A stretch of DNA of 64,000 nucleotides from positions 5,938 through 69,937 of the forward strand of contig CAKPPW010000003.1 of assembly GCA_934177995.1 (NCBI GenBank). The letters are read 5' to 3'. This stretch comes from an uncultured Bacilli bacterium. GTDB lineage: Bacteria > Bacillota_I > Bacilli_A > RF39 > UBA660. This document shows, in pieces, positions 1 to 7,992 of this stretch (positions within the stretch are counted from its first letter, which is position 1; every line of letters starts with the position of its first letter). The notes under the pieces are model-generated. The model ran no database searches, was not told the origin of the DNA, and saw only the letters and a program-made list of their open reading frames with translations. The translations under genes were made by a program, and so were the position numbers.

Positions 1-137
1 CTTCACCCATTTTCAGTATACCCATACACGCAAGAATATTATAACATATTTGGTTTAAATAAAATAGAAAAAATTGATTTTTTTGACTTATTCCGTAACT
101 AAAATTCCATTATTTTTTACATAATTTAAATTTATAC

Positions 138-168
138 AAAAAAGACTAACATCATTAAATAATGTTAG
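138..168 (-). terminator. Intrinsic terminator downstream of comK-like gene
   Basis: Inverted repeat ctaacat (146-152) / atgttag (162-168). The plus-strand A-run at 138-143 gives a T-run on the minus strand. Confidence 0.55.
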
Positions 169-176
169 CAAAAAAA

Positions 177-632
177 TTATTGATTTTTTCTGTTTCTAAT
201 AACTGATTCTAGACGACTAGCTCTAAGAATCTGGTTTTCCATTGATTTGTATGAAATTGGAATGTTTATTTTTTTACCATTATCAAATACTACTTCTGTA
301 TAGTCTTTCCTTTTTTTAACTGGATTTATAGTTTCTATCCTATTTAAGGCTAACCAAGAGCAATCATTTTCTTCTGGTGATACAGTAGGAAAAAAAATTA
401 CATTTCTACTATCATCCACCATTATAGGTAACTTATAGGATGTTTTTAATATTTGTTTAGCCCCTTCTCTTCTTCCGATGTATGAGCTGCCAAAATATTT
501 ACAACTATAATCAATTATCTTTAATGGTCTTTCCTCTACGTTATACTTGTAATCGGCCTCTACTACTACAGAAGTCATTTTTGTTTCTGGTATGATTGCC
601 AAAGTGGCATCATTAATTTCATAATCTTTCAT
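177..632 (-). CDS. comK: Competence transcription factor ComK family (short, 151 aa)
   Basis: Matches B. subtilis ComK as I recall it along its length: YEINDATLAIIPE, PLKIIDYSCKYFGSSYIGRREG, KLPIMVDDSRNVIFFPTVSP, TEVVFDNGKKINIPISYKSMENQ. It lacks the C-terminal tail of the Bacillus protein. Confidence 0.85.
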   Translation of the reverse strand: MKDYEINDATLAIIPETKMTSVVVEADYKYNVEERPLKIIDYSCKYFGSSYIGRREGAKQILKTSYKLPIMVDDSRNVIFFPTVSPEENDCSWLALNRIETINPVKKRKDYTEVVFDNGKKINIPISYKSMENQILRASRLESVIRNRKNQ

Positions 633-728
633 TTAAATTTCCCCCTAAAACATCAAAATGTTTACCATCAGTCTACTATATTATACTGTCGAATTTTATC
701 GTTTTATGTCGATAAAAGTTAAAAAATG

Positions 729-758
729 AAAAAAACTGGTAAAAATGCCAGTTTTTTA
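729..758 (-). terminator. Hairpin terminator downstream of dnaN (bidirectional type)
   Basis: aaaaaactggt-aaaaat-gccagtttttt. The stem actgg(t)/(g)ccagt is flanked by an A-run and a T-run. Confidence 0.5.
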
Positions 759-781
759 GCAAAATATGCAAATTTCTTATT

Positions 782-1906
782 TTAGTATGTTCTAATAGGC
801 AAAACTAATTGAGTTAGAGTATCATCTTCACTACTTTTTAAAACAATTGGTTTTATTTCTCCTACAAATGATAATTCAACAGTATCTGTGGAAAAAGATT
901 TTAAAGCATCCATCATATATCTAGCACTGAAAGAAATTTTAATATCTAAATCTCTATCTTTCTTAATAGACATCTTTTCTTCTACTCTACCAATTTCTGC
1001 ACTTGATGATTTCATTATTAACATATCACCATTAGTTTCCATAGTAACTATATTTTTATCTTTATCACTTGTTAAAATACTTACACGATCAACTACATTA
1101 TAAAAATCATTTATATTGAAATGTAATTTTACTTGATCTTCTTTAGGTAATAAATTAGAAGTATTTGGATAAGTACCATTTATTAATCTAGATTGAAATA
1201 ATAAGTTTTGATTTTTAAATAGTATTTTATTATTGAAGATATGTACTTCTATTTTTTCATCACCCTCACCTAATATTCTTGTAAATTCTACAAGATTTCT
1301 ACTAGGTATAACAATATTCATATTTTCCTCAGAACTTGTTGTTAAAGGTATAACTTTTCTTGCTAATCTGTATGAATCAGTTGCATTACATTCCAGTATA
1401 TTACCAATAATATTAAAGTTTATACCATTTAATATGGCTTTATTTTCATCTATACTAGTTGCAAAAGCAGTTTGATTAACTATTTCCTTTAATACTGTTT
1501 TAGATAATTCAATATGGTTTTTACTTTCTACTAGTTCAATAGATGGATATTCTTTTTCACTGATACCATTTAAATTAAATTCACTGTTTTCAGTGTATAT
1601 TAATATTTTTAAATCATCTACTACTTCTATATTTATAAATGGATCAGGTAATTTTCTTACTATATCTAGTATATATTTACCTTGAATAATAATACTTCCT
1701 TCTTCTTTTAAGATTATATTCTCATTGTCACATGGAATTGATGTTTCTATTGTAATATCATTATCACTAGCAGTAAGAGTTAATTTCTTTTTTGTAAGAT
1801 GAAACTTGATACCTGCTAATACTGGTATTACGTTTTTTGTTGATATTGCTTTTGACACTTTATTAAGTGCTTCTAATAGTACTTCTTTTTTAATTGAAAA
1901 TTTCAT
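782..1906 (-). CDS. dnaN: DNA polymerase III beta sliding clamp
   Basis: 374 aa, directly downstream of dnaA. N-terminus MKFSIKKEVLLEALNKVSKAIS and C-terminus LVLPIRTY are typical of DnaN. Confidence 0.95.
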   Translation of the reverse strand: MKFSIKKEVLLEALNKVSKAISTKNVIPVLAGIKFHLTKKKLTLTASDNDITIETSIPCDNENIILKEEGSIIIQGKYILDIVRKLPDPFINIEVVDDLKILIYTENSEFNLNGISEKEYPSIELVESKNHIELSKTVLKEIVNQTAFATSIDENKAILNGINFNIIGNILECNATDSYRLARKVIPLTTSSEENMNIVIPSRNLVEFTRILGEGDEKIEVHIFNNKILFKNQNLLFQSRLINGTYPNTSNLLPKEDQVKLHFNINDFYNVVDRVSILTSDKDKNIVTMETNGDMLIMKSSSAEIGRVEEKMSIKKDRDLDIKISFSARYMMDALKSFSTDTVELSFVGEIKPIVLKSSEDDTLTQLVLPIRTY

Positions 1907-1920
1907 TTTATATTCCTTCT

Positions 1921-2058
1921 TTCTTTTCTTTTATTTATATATATTATTAATATTAATACTGTGGAAACTGTGGAAAACTTTTTGTTTCCTTTATATTATA
2001 ACATATTAACAACTTTTGTGCCTGTGGAAAACTTGTGGAAAACTCAACTTTTTCCACA
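1921..2058. promoter_or_regulatory. oriC part 2: dnaA-dnaN intergenic DnaA boxes plus A+T-only candidate unwinding element
   Basis: TGTGGAAAC 1960-1968, TGTGGAAAA 1969-1977, TGTGGAAAA 2023-2031, TGTGGAAAA 2034-2042, TTTTCCACA 2050-2058. The stretch 1921-1959 contains only four C, no G and is otherwise A/T. Confidence 0.8.
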
Positions 2059-2063
2059 GGTAA

Positions 2064-3434
2064 TTATTTTAAGTCATTTGATAACTTTTCAACAATACCT
2101 GCTAAGTCCTTATTATTTTTTATTTCTAGTTCAATTTTTTCCACAGAATACATAATAGTAGAATGGTCTTTACCACCAAATTCAATTCCTATTTTTGGAT
2201 ATGACTCATTTGTTAACTTTCTACACATATACATAGCTATTTGTCTAGGAAAGGCTATGTTACTACTCCTTTTTTTGGAACGAATGTCTTCCACTGATAT
2301 TTGAAAAAACTCAGCTACCACCTTTTGAATTCTTACAATATCATTTTTTTCACTCATCCCTTTATTAATAAAGTCTTTTAGTGCCTCAATAGCTAAGCTT
2401 AGGTTTATTTTTGAGCCTCCCATTATTGTTGAGTAAGCCACTAATCTTGTTATTGAACCTTCTAGTTGTCTTACGTCACTTCCCATATTTGAGGCTATAT
2501 ATTCAATTACTTCCTCTGGTATTTCTGCCTCAAAGTTACCAGCTACTATTTTTTTTCTCAGAATTTCTTTCCTCAGTTCAAAGTCTGGTGGTCCTATGTT
2601 TACCGTTAATCCCCAGCAGAATCTTGTTCTAAGACGTTCGGCTAGTAGTTTTAAGTCATTTGGTGATCTGTCTGATGATACAATTATTTGCTTACTATCA
2701 TTATATAGATTAGTAAAAGTATGGAAGAATTCTTGTTGTGTTTGATTTGCTCCTCCTAAAAATTGTATATCATCAATTATTAGTACATCTATATTTCTAT
2801 ATTTGTTTTTAAAGAACTCTTTGTAATTAAAGTTGGTACCGTCTTGGTCTTTCCTATTTATACTAACAAAATCATCTCTAAATTGATCACTTGTTACGTA
2901 CAAGACTCGTTTATTGGAATTTTGTGCTATATAATTACCAATCGCATGCATTAAATGTGTTTTTCCGAGGCCACTATTACCATAAATAAATAGCGGATTA
3001 TAAATTTTACCAGGATTTTCAGCTACTGACAAGGCCGCAGCTTGTGCAAACTTATTACTGTTACCAACAATAAAGTTATTAAAGGTATAATTTTGATTTA
3101 AGTTTGATTTTTGCTTAAATTCAGGTGCCTCAGTACTTTCTTTTTCTTCTTTTTCCTTTATAGATTCTTCTTTTTCTTTAAATTCATCTTCTAGAAAGAA
3201 TTCTAGTTCAAATGTTGTACCGGTTATTTTATTTAGAGCATTTTTTATTAAATCTTGATAATTATCATGTAAATGTTTCTTATGTATAGACATTGGTACG
3301 ATGATAATTGCTATATCGTCTTTTAAATCTTTAAGATTAACGTCTTGAAACCACGTAGAAAAGGCAAGTGAAGAAAGTTCTTCTTTAATTTCTTTTAATA
3401 CGTTATTCCATATGATGTCTACATTCAACTTCAT
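2064..3434 (-). CDS. dnaA: Chromosomal replication initiator DnaA
   Basis: Walker A GNSGLGKTHL, domain IV DHSTIMYSVEKI, N-terminus MKLNVDIIWNNVLKEI. The ORF track starts 9 codons earlier at 3461. The start at 3434 was chosen from N-terminal similarity and an adjacent GGGGAG, and is not certain. Confidence 0.93.
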   Translation of the reverse strand: MKLNVDIIWNNVLKEIKEELSSLAFSTWFQDVNLKDLKDDIAIIIVPMSIHKKHLHDNYQDLIKNALNKITGTTFELEFFLEDEFKEKEESIKEKEEKESTEAPEFKQKSNLNQNYTFNNFIVGNSNKFAQAAALSVAENPGKIYNPLFIYGNSGLGKTHLMHAIGNYIAQNSNKRVLYVTSDQFRDDFVSINRKDQDGTNFNYKEFFKNKYRNIDVLIIDDIQFLGGANQTQQEFFHTFTNLYNDSKQIIVSSDRSPNDLKLLAERLRTRFCWGLTVNIGPPDFELRKEILRKKIVAGNFEAEIPEEVIEYIASNMGSDVRQLEGSITRLVAYSTIMGGSKINLSLAIEALKDFINKGMSEKNDIVRIQKVVAEFFQISVEDIRSKKRSSNIAFPRQIAMYMCRKLTNESYPKIGIEFGGKDHSTIMYSVEKIELEIKNNKDLAGIVEKLSNDLK

Positions 3435-3476
3435 CACTCCCCTGTTCACATAAACCACCATTATGATACTCTAAAA

Positions 3477-3651
3477 TGTGGAAAAAGGAAATAGAAAAAA
3501 GCAAAAAAAATTTATCCACAGGTTTTCCACAGAGTTTTCCACAAGTGAAATGTCGATATTTGCTAAATATTACGAGTTTTCCACAGTTTCCACAGATTTG
3601 TTTTGCACATGTGAATAATAGTTTTCCACACCCTGTGAAATCTGTGGATAA
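3477..3651. promoter_or_regulatory. oriC part 1: DnaA-box array upstream of dnaA (between dnaA and rpmH)
   Basis: Perfect TTATCCACA at 3512-3520 and TGTGGATAA at 3643-3651. TTTTCCACA at 3523-3531, 3535-3543, 3577-3585 and 3622-3630. GTTTCCACA 3586-3594, TGTGGAAAA 3477-3485, TGTGAATAA 3610-3618. Confidence 0.9.
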
Positions 3652-3737
3652 CTATGCTTTTCTTCTTTTTTATTAGCGTTTTTTTTGAGCTTTAAATCAC
3701 TAAAATGAGAAATTATTAACAAGTCACTTAAATTTCC

Positions 3738-3767
3738 TTGACAAATAAATTAGATTATTATTATAAT
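3738..3767 (+). promoter_or_regulatory. Candidate sigma-A promoter of rpmH
   Basis: TTGACA 3738-3743, 18-nt spacer, TATAAT 3762-3767. Confidence 0.5.
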
Positions 3768-3797
3768 AATGTAGATTTCATGTCTGGAGGTGGAAGT

Positions 3798-3926
3798 ATG
3801 AAGAGAACGTATCAACCAAATAAACGTAGAAGAGCTAAGAAGCATGGATTTTTCGCTCGTAAAGTTTCAGCAGGTAAAATCTTAAATAGCAGAAGAAAAA
3901 AAGGTCGTAAAGAATTAGTAAAATAA
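3798..3926 (+). CDS. rpmH: 50S ribosomal protein L34
   Basis: [27 protein letters not shown] upstream. The ORF-track N-extension begins inside the -35 hexamer and is rejected. Confidence 0.95.
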   Translation: MKRTYQPNKRRRAKKHGFFARKVSAGKILNSRRKKGRKELVK

Positions 3927-3929
3927 ATT

Positions 3930-3953
3930 CCACTGTTTTCACAGTGGTTTTTT
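3930..3953 (+). terminator. Intrinsic terminator between rpmH and rnpA
   Basis: ccactgt-tttc-acagtgg followed by tttttt. Confidence 0.75.
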
Positions 3954-3977
3954 ACTCTTTAGGAAAGGGGCTATAAT

Positions 3978-4310
3978 ATGAATAAGGATTATATAATAAA
4001 GGAAAGTAAGATATTTGATGAAATAATAAAGAAATGTCCATCTAAGAAGAATAAAAGTTTTATTGTATTTTATCGTACAAAAAAAGAATCTTTTTCTAAG
4101 TATGGGATTGCTGCCCCTAAAAAACTTGGAAAAGCTGTTACTCGTAACAAGATGAAGAGAAGAACAAGAGCAATAGTATCGGATTTTCAAAAAAACTATA
4201 AAAATGCTTTTGATTGTATTATAATAATTAGGAGAGGTTCTTTAGATAAAAAATATGAGTCATTGAAAGAAGAATTATTCAGTCTATTATTAAACATTAA
4301 TAGTAAATAG
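3978..4310 (+). CDS. rnpA: Ribonuclease P protein component
   Basis: Basic RNase P protein motif KAVTRNKMKRRTRA, position after rpmH. Confidence 0.9.
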   Translation: MNKDYIIKESKIFDEIIKKCPSKKNKSFIVFYRTKKESFSKYGIAAPKKLGKAVTRNKMKRRTRAIVSDFQKNYKNAFDCIIIIRRGSLDKKYESLKEELFSLLLNINSK

Positions 4311-4335
4311 AAATAGAGAAGGGAAATTATATCAT

Positions 4336-5262
4336 ATGAAAGAAAAGAAAAATACTAAAACTAGGAAATTATTAATTCTAGTTATATCAATATTTTTATT
4401 AACAGGATGTACTACAACTCTTGTTGATAGTAAAAAACAGGCAGTTAAGAATCCAGAAACAGGACAATCTTTAACAAAAAATATTTTGTGTCAACCTGAG
4501 AATGCTAAAACTGTTAAAATTTATGAGAAAAATAAAGTTAATGTTAAAAAATTACCAAAATGTGATAACTTTAAAGTTACCTCAGGAGGTTATGAAGGAT
4601 TATGGACATCGATTTTCGTAAAACCATTAGCTTTCATAATATTAAAATTAGGTAAGTTAGTTGGAAGTTTTGCTATCAGTATCATTATTATAACTATAAT
4701 ATTGAGATTTATATTATTTCCATTTACTAGGAAGATGGCTATTCAGTCAGAATTAATGAAAAAAGCTAGCCCTGAATTAGAAAGAATTAGAAAAAAATAT
4801 GAAGGAAAAACTGATGAAGCATCAATGATGAAACAAAATCAAGAGATGTTAATGGTTTATAAAAAATATAACTTTAATCCATTAAGTAGTTGTTTAGTTT
4901 CATTTATTCAATTGCCATTATTCTTAGCTTTTTTTGAAGCAATCAATAGAGTGCCAGCTATTTTTGAAGATAAATTCATTGGTTTACAATTAGGAACAAC
5001 TCCAGTAGTTGGATTTGGAACTTCAACATTCTATGTTTACCTTATATTAATAATTTTAATTGGAGCAACCACTATTTATACATTTAAGATGAGTGGAGCA
5101 GCTAGTCAAGATCCATCTATGAAAATGATGCCAATAATGATGAGTATTATGATTATCTTTACAGCCTTATTTATGCCTTCAGCTTTAGGAATATATTGGG
5201 TAACTCAAAATCTATTTATGATTATACAAAATACTCTTACAGTTAAAGGAGCAAAAAAATAG
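4336..5262 (+). CDS. yidC: Membrane protein insertase YidC/SpoIIIJ (lipoprotein form)
   Basis: Lipobox LLTGC, multi-TM 60-kDa-IMP-like core, conserved rnpA-yidC-jag order. Confidence 0.9.
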   Translation: MKEKKNTKTRKLLILVISIFLLTGCTTTLVDSKKQAVKNPETGQSLTKNILCQPENAKTVKIYEKNKVNVKKLPKCDNFKVTSGGYEGLWTSIFVKPLAFIILKLGKLVGSFAISIIIITIILRFILFPFTRKMAIQSELMKKASPELERIRKKYEGKTDEASMMKQNQEMLMVYKKYNFNPLSSCLVSFIQLPLFLAFFEAINRVPAIFEDKFIGLQLGTTPVVGFGTSTFYVYLILIILIGATTIYTFKMSGAASQDPSMKMMPIMMSIMIIFTALFMPSALGIYWVTQNLFMIIQNTLTVKGAKK

Positions 5263-5263
5263 T

Positions 5264-5872
5264 ATGGAAAAACATAGATTTGTAGGAAAAACTTACGAAG
5301 AAGCTGTTAATAAGGCTAAGATTGAATTACAAGAGTTAGAAGAAAACTTAATAATTAAGGTTATAGATGAGAAAAAAACATTACTTTCTAAGAAATGTGA
5401 AATAGAAGTAATTGAAAAAAGAGAAATTAAGAATTTCATTAAAGAAAAATTAATTGCTATTTTAAGAGAAATGGGATATCAAGCAGAAGTAGAAATTCAG
5501 GTTAAACAAGATATCCCTACATATAGAATTTATTCTAATAATGATTCTTTACTTATAGGAAAGAGTGGAAAAAATCTAGAAGCTCTTCAAATAGTATTTA
5601 GACAAATTGTTAATACAGAAACAGGAATTAATTATAGATTTTTTCTAGATGTATCTGATTATAAAGAGAAAAATGAACATCATTTAGAGTCTTTAGCAAA
5701 ACGTTTAGCTAGAGAGGTAGCTACTACTAAAATAGAGGTAAAAATGGATTCTATGAATTCTTATGAGAGAAGAATTGTTCATAATGTATTAACAAATAAT
5801 AAAAAAGTTTACACAGAGAGTGTAGGAGAAGAACCAAATAGATGTGTAGTTATTAAACCAAGAGAAGATTAG
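5264..5872 (+). CDS. jag: Jag/KhpB RNA-binding protein (Jag_N, KH, R3H)
   Basis: KH-like LLIGKSGKNLEALQ and R3H-like SYERRIVHNVL, position after yidC. Confidence 0.85.
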   Translation: MEKHRFVGKTYEEAVNKAKIELQELEENLIIKVIDEKKTLLSKKCEIEVIEKREIKNFIKEKLIAILREMGYQAEVEIQVKQDIPTYRIYSNNDSLLIGKSGKNLEALQIVFRQIVNTETGINYRFFLDVSDYKEKNEHHLESLAKRLAREVATTKIEVKMDSMNSYERRIVHNVLTNNKKVYTESVGEEPNRCVVIKPRED

Positions 5873-5939
5873 TTCTTCTTTTTCTTTACTTTAAATTTAG
5901 TTTTTACTATAATATAGTCAAATTGAGGGAAGTGATATA

Positions 5940-6626
5940 ATGCAACGTAATATTAATAAAACAAGTTTAGACGAACTAAAAGTAAAAAATCAAAGTGATT
6001 TAAAATCAATTCATGATAATATTGAATCTTTATTAGCCGAACCTAAGGTAATTGAATATTTAAGATGTTGTAAATTATTGGAAGAAAAACAATCATTTGG
6101 TAATTTTTTAAATGATTTAGAATTGGGAGAAGATGGGACTTTATTTAGCAAATATGACGATAATAAACAAAAGGGATTAAGCAGTACTCATTATGGATTA
6201 TCAGTAATTCTTAGAAATGCCTTTAAATTATTAACAGATAATGGTATAAATTCTATTTCTTACGATTCTATTTTAAAGTATATAGCTAATGCTGAAGAAA
6301 AGTTACATCAAATGAAATACATGGAAGGTGATAAAAAAGTTACTAATAGATATGAGGTAGCAGTTTATGAAAATCCTAGAAACTATTCTTTAGTAGATTT
6401 TGAACAAGTAATTCCAACTTTAACTCAAAAAAAATTGGAAATGAGTTATAATTTATCAGGAATTGTAGTTAATGAATCAGCTAGAAGATTTGAATGTATA
6501 GAAGGTTCAACTTTTGATGATAAGTCTAATTTATCTTCTAGAGAAAAAGAGGCTTTTTTAGGAGATGATGCCTTATTGTCATTGGGTATAAAAAAGAATA
6601 TAAAGGAGAAAGTTTATAAAATATGA
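5940..6626 (+). CDS. Hypothetical protein, no recognisable motifs
   Basis: 228-aa ORF with a GAGGGAAG Shine-Dalgarno. Its stop overlaps the mnmE start (ATGA). Confidence 0.5.
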   Translation: MQRNINKTSLDELKVKNQSDLKSIHDNIESLLAEPKVIEYLRCCKLLEEKQSFGNFLNDLELGEDGTLFSKYDDNKQKGLSSTHYGLSVILRNAFKLLTDNGINSISYDSILKYIANAEEKLHQMKYMEGDKKVTNRYEVAVYENPRNYSLVDFEQVIPTLTQKKLEMSYNLSGIVVNESARRFECIEGSTFDDKSNLSSREKEAFLGDDALLSLGIKKNIKEKVYKI

Positions 6627-7987
6627 TAAATTATAATGAAGATACGATAGCGGCAATAGCTACAAAGTTAGGAGTAGGGGCAATTTCTATTATTAGAGTA
6701 AGTGGAAAAGATGCTATACCTTTAGTAAATAAAATATTTAGCGGTAAAGATTTAGAGAAAGTAGATACACATACAATCAATTATGGCTATATAAAAAAAG
6801 ACAATGAAAAGATAGATGAGGTTTTAGTAAGTGTCATGAAAGCTCCTAAAACATTTACTAGAGAAGATGTAGTAGAAATTAATTGTCATGGAGGAATAAA
6901 TCCTACATTAGCAGTTTTTTCTTTGCTACAAGAAATAGGAGTAAGAGTAGCCGAGAAAGGTGAATTTACTAAAAGAGCTTTTTTAAATGGAAGAATAGAT
7001 TTAACAGAGGCTGAAGCTATAATGGATTTGATTGAAAGTAAAAGTGATAATCAAAGAAAATTAGCAATGAACTCCTTAGAAGGGAAATTAAAGAACTATA
7101 TTCATTCATTTAGAGAACCTCTAAAAAAATTGATAGCTAATATAGAGGTAAATATTGATTATCCAGAGTATTATGATATAGAAGAGGTAACCAAGAAAGA
7201 TATAGAGAAAGAAGTAGAAAAGCTAATTCCAAAATTACAAAAGACAATAGAAGAAAGTAAAAGTCATCAAATAGTGAAAAGTGGTATAAAAACGGTTATT
7301 GTCGGAAGACCAAATGTAGGGAAAAGTAGTATTTTAAATACTTTAATTAATCAGGAAAAGGCCATAGTAACTGATATAGAAGGAACTACAAGAGATATAG
7401 TAGAAGGAACAGTTTTTATAAATGGAGTAGAATTATCATTAATAGATACTGCTGGTATTAGAAATACTGATAATGTTGTAGAAAAAATAGGAGTAGAGAA
7501 AAGTCTTGAACTATTGGAGGAAGCAGACTTAGTTTTAGCGGTATTTAATATAAATGAAGAATTAAGTAAAGAAGATAAAGAATTAATTGCTAAGCTTAAT
7601 AAAGATAAGACAATAATTGTTTTAAATAAAAATGACTTAGCTAATAAAATAAATAAGTCTAATTTTGACTTTTCTCATGTTGTATCTACTAATACTAATT
7701 CTTTAGAGGGAATAGATTCTTTAAAGGATGAAATAACAAAGATGTTTTCTCTTGATATGTTAGAAGAAACTGATACATTTTTAGCTAACAATAGACAATT
7801 AACTTGTGCTAATAAAGCTCTTGAAACTTTGTTAAAAATAAGAGAAAATATAAAAAGTGATTTACCGTTAGAACTTATAGAAATTGATTTACAGGAAGTA
7901 TTAAATGAACTAGGTACTATCACTGGTGAAGTTTATGATGAAGAATTACTTGATACTTTATTTGAAAATTTTTGTGTAGGGAAGTGA
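6623..7987 (+). CDS. mnmE: tRNA modification GTPase MnmE
   Basis: G1 GRPNVGKSS, DTAGIR, NKNDL, C-terminal CVGK. Confidence 0.95.
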   Translation: MINYNEDTIAAIATKLGVGAISIIRVSGKDAIPLVNKIFSGKDLEKVDTHTINYGYIKKDNEKIDEVLVSVMKAPKTFTREDVVEINCHGGINPTLAVFSLLQEIGVRVAEKGEFTKRAFLNGRIDLTEAEAIMDLIESKSDNQRKLAMNSLEGKLKNYIHSFREPLKKLIANIEVNIDYPEYYDIEEVTKKDIEKEVEKLIPKLQKTIEESKSHQIVKSGIKTVIVGRPNVGKSSILNTLINQEKAIVTDIEGTTRDIVEGTVFINGVELSLIDTAGIRNTDNVVEKIGVEKSLELLEEADLVLAVFNINEELSKEDKELIAKLNKDKTIIVLNKNDLANKINKSNFDFSHVVSTNTNSLEGIDSLKDEITKMFSLDMLEETDTFLANNRQLTCANKALETLLKIRENIKSDLPLELIEIDLQEVLNELGTITGEVYDEELLDTLFENFCVGK

Positions 7988-7992
7988 TTTAG

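Noticed and set aside
1-135. Possible start of a leftward gene at the window edge (plus-strand cttcacccat is the reverse complement of ATGGGTGAAG).
   Set aside because: Only three codons are visible and there is no clear SD, so it cannot be supported.
888-2632. Plus-strand ORFs 888-1103, 1233-1475, 1806-2009, 1961-2155, 2035-2304 and 2411-2632.
   Set aside because: All lie antisense to dnaN or dnaA, or within the oriC spacer. They are low-complexity, hydrophobic translations of A+T-rich DNA with no SD. They are shadow ORFs.
3476-3676. 66-aa ORF with repeated FPQ/FPH motifs.
   Set aside because: The repeats are simply TTTTCCACA DnaA boxes translated. The region is the oriC box array, not coding.
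3939-4190. 83-aa minus-strand ORF.
   Set aside because: It is antisense to rnpA and spans the rpmH terminator, with no SD.
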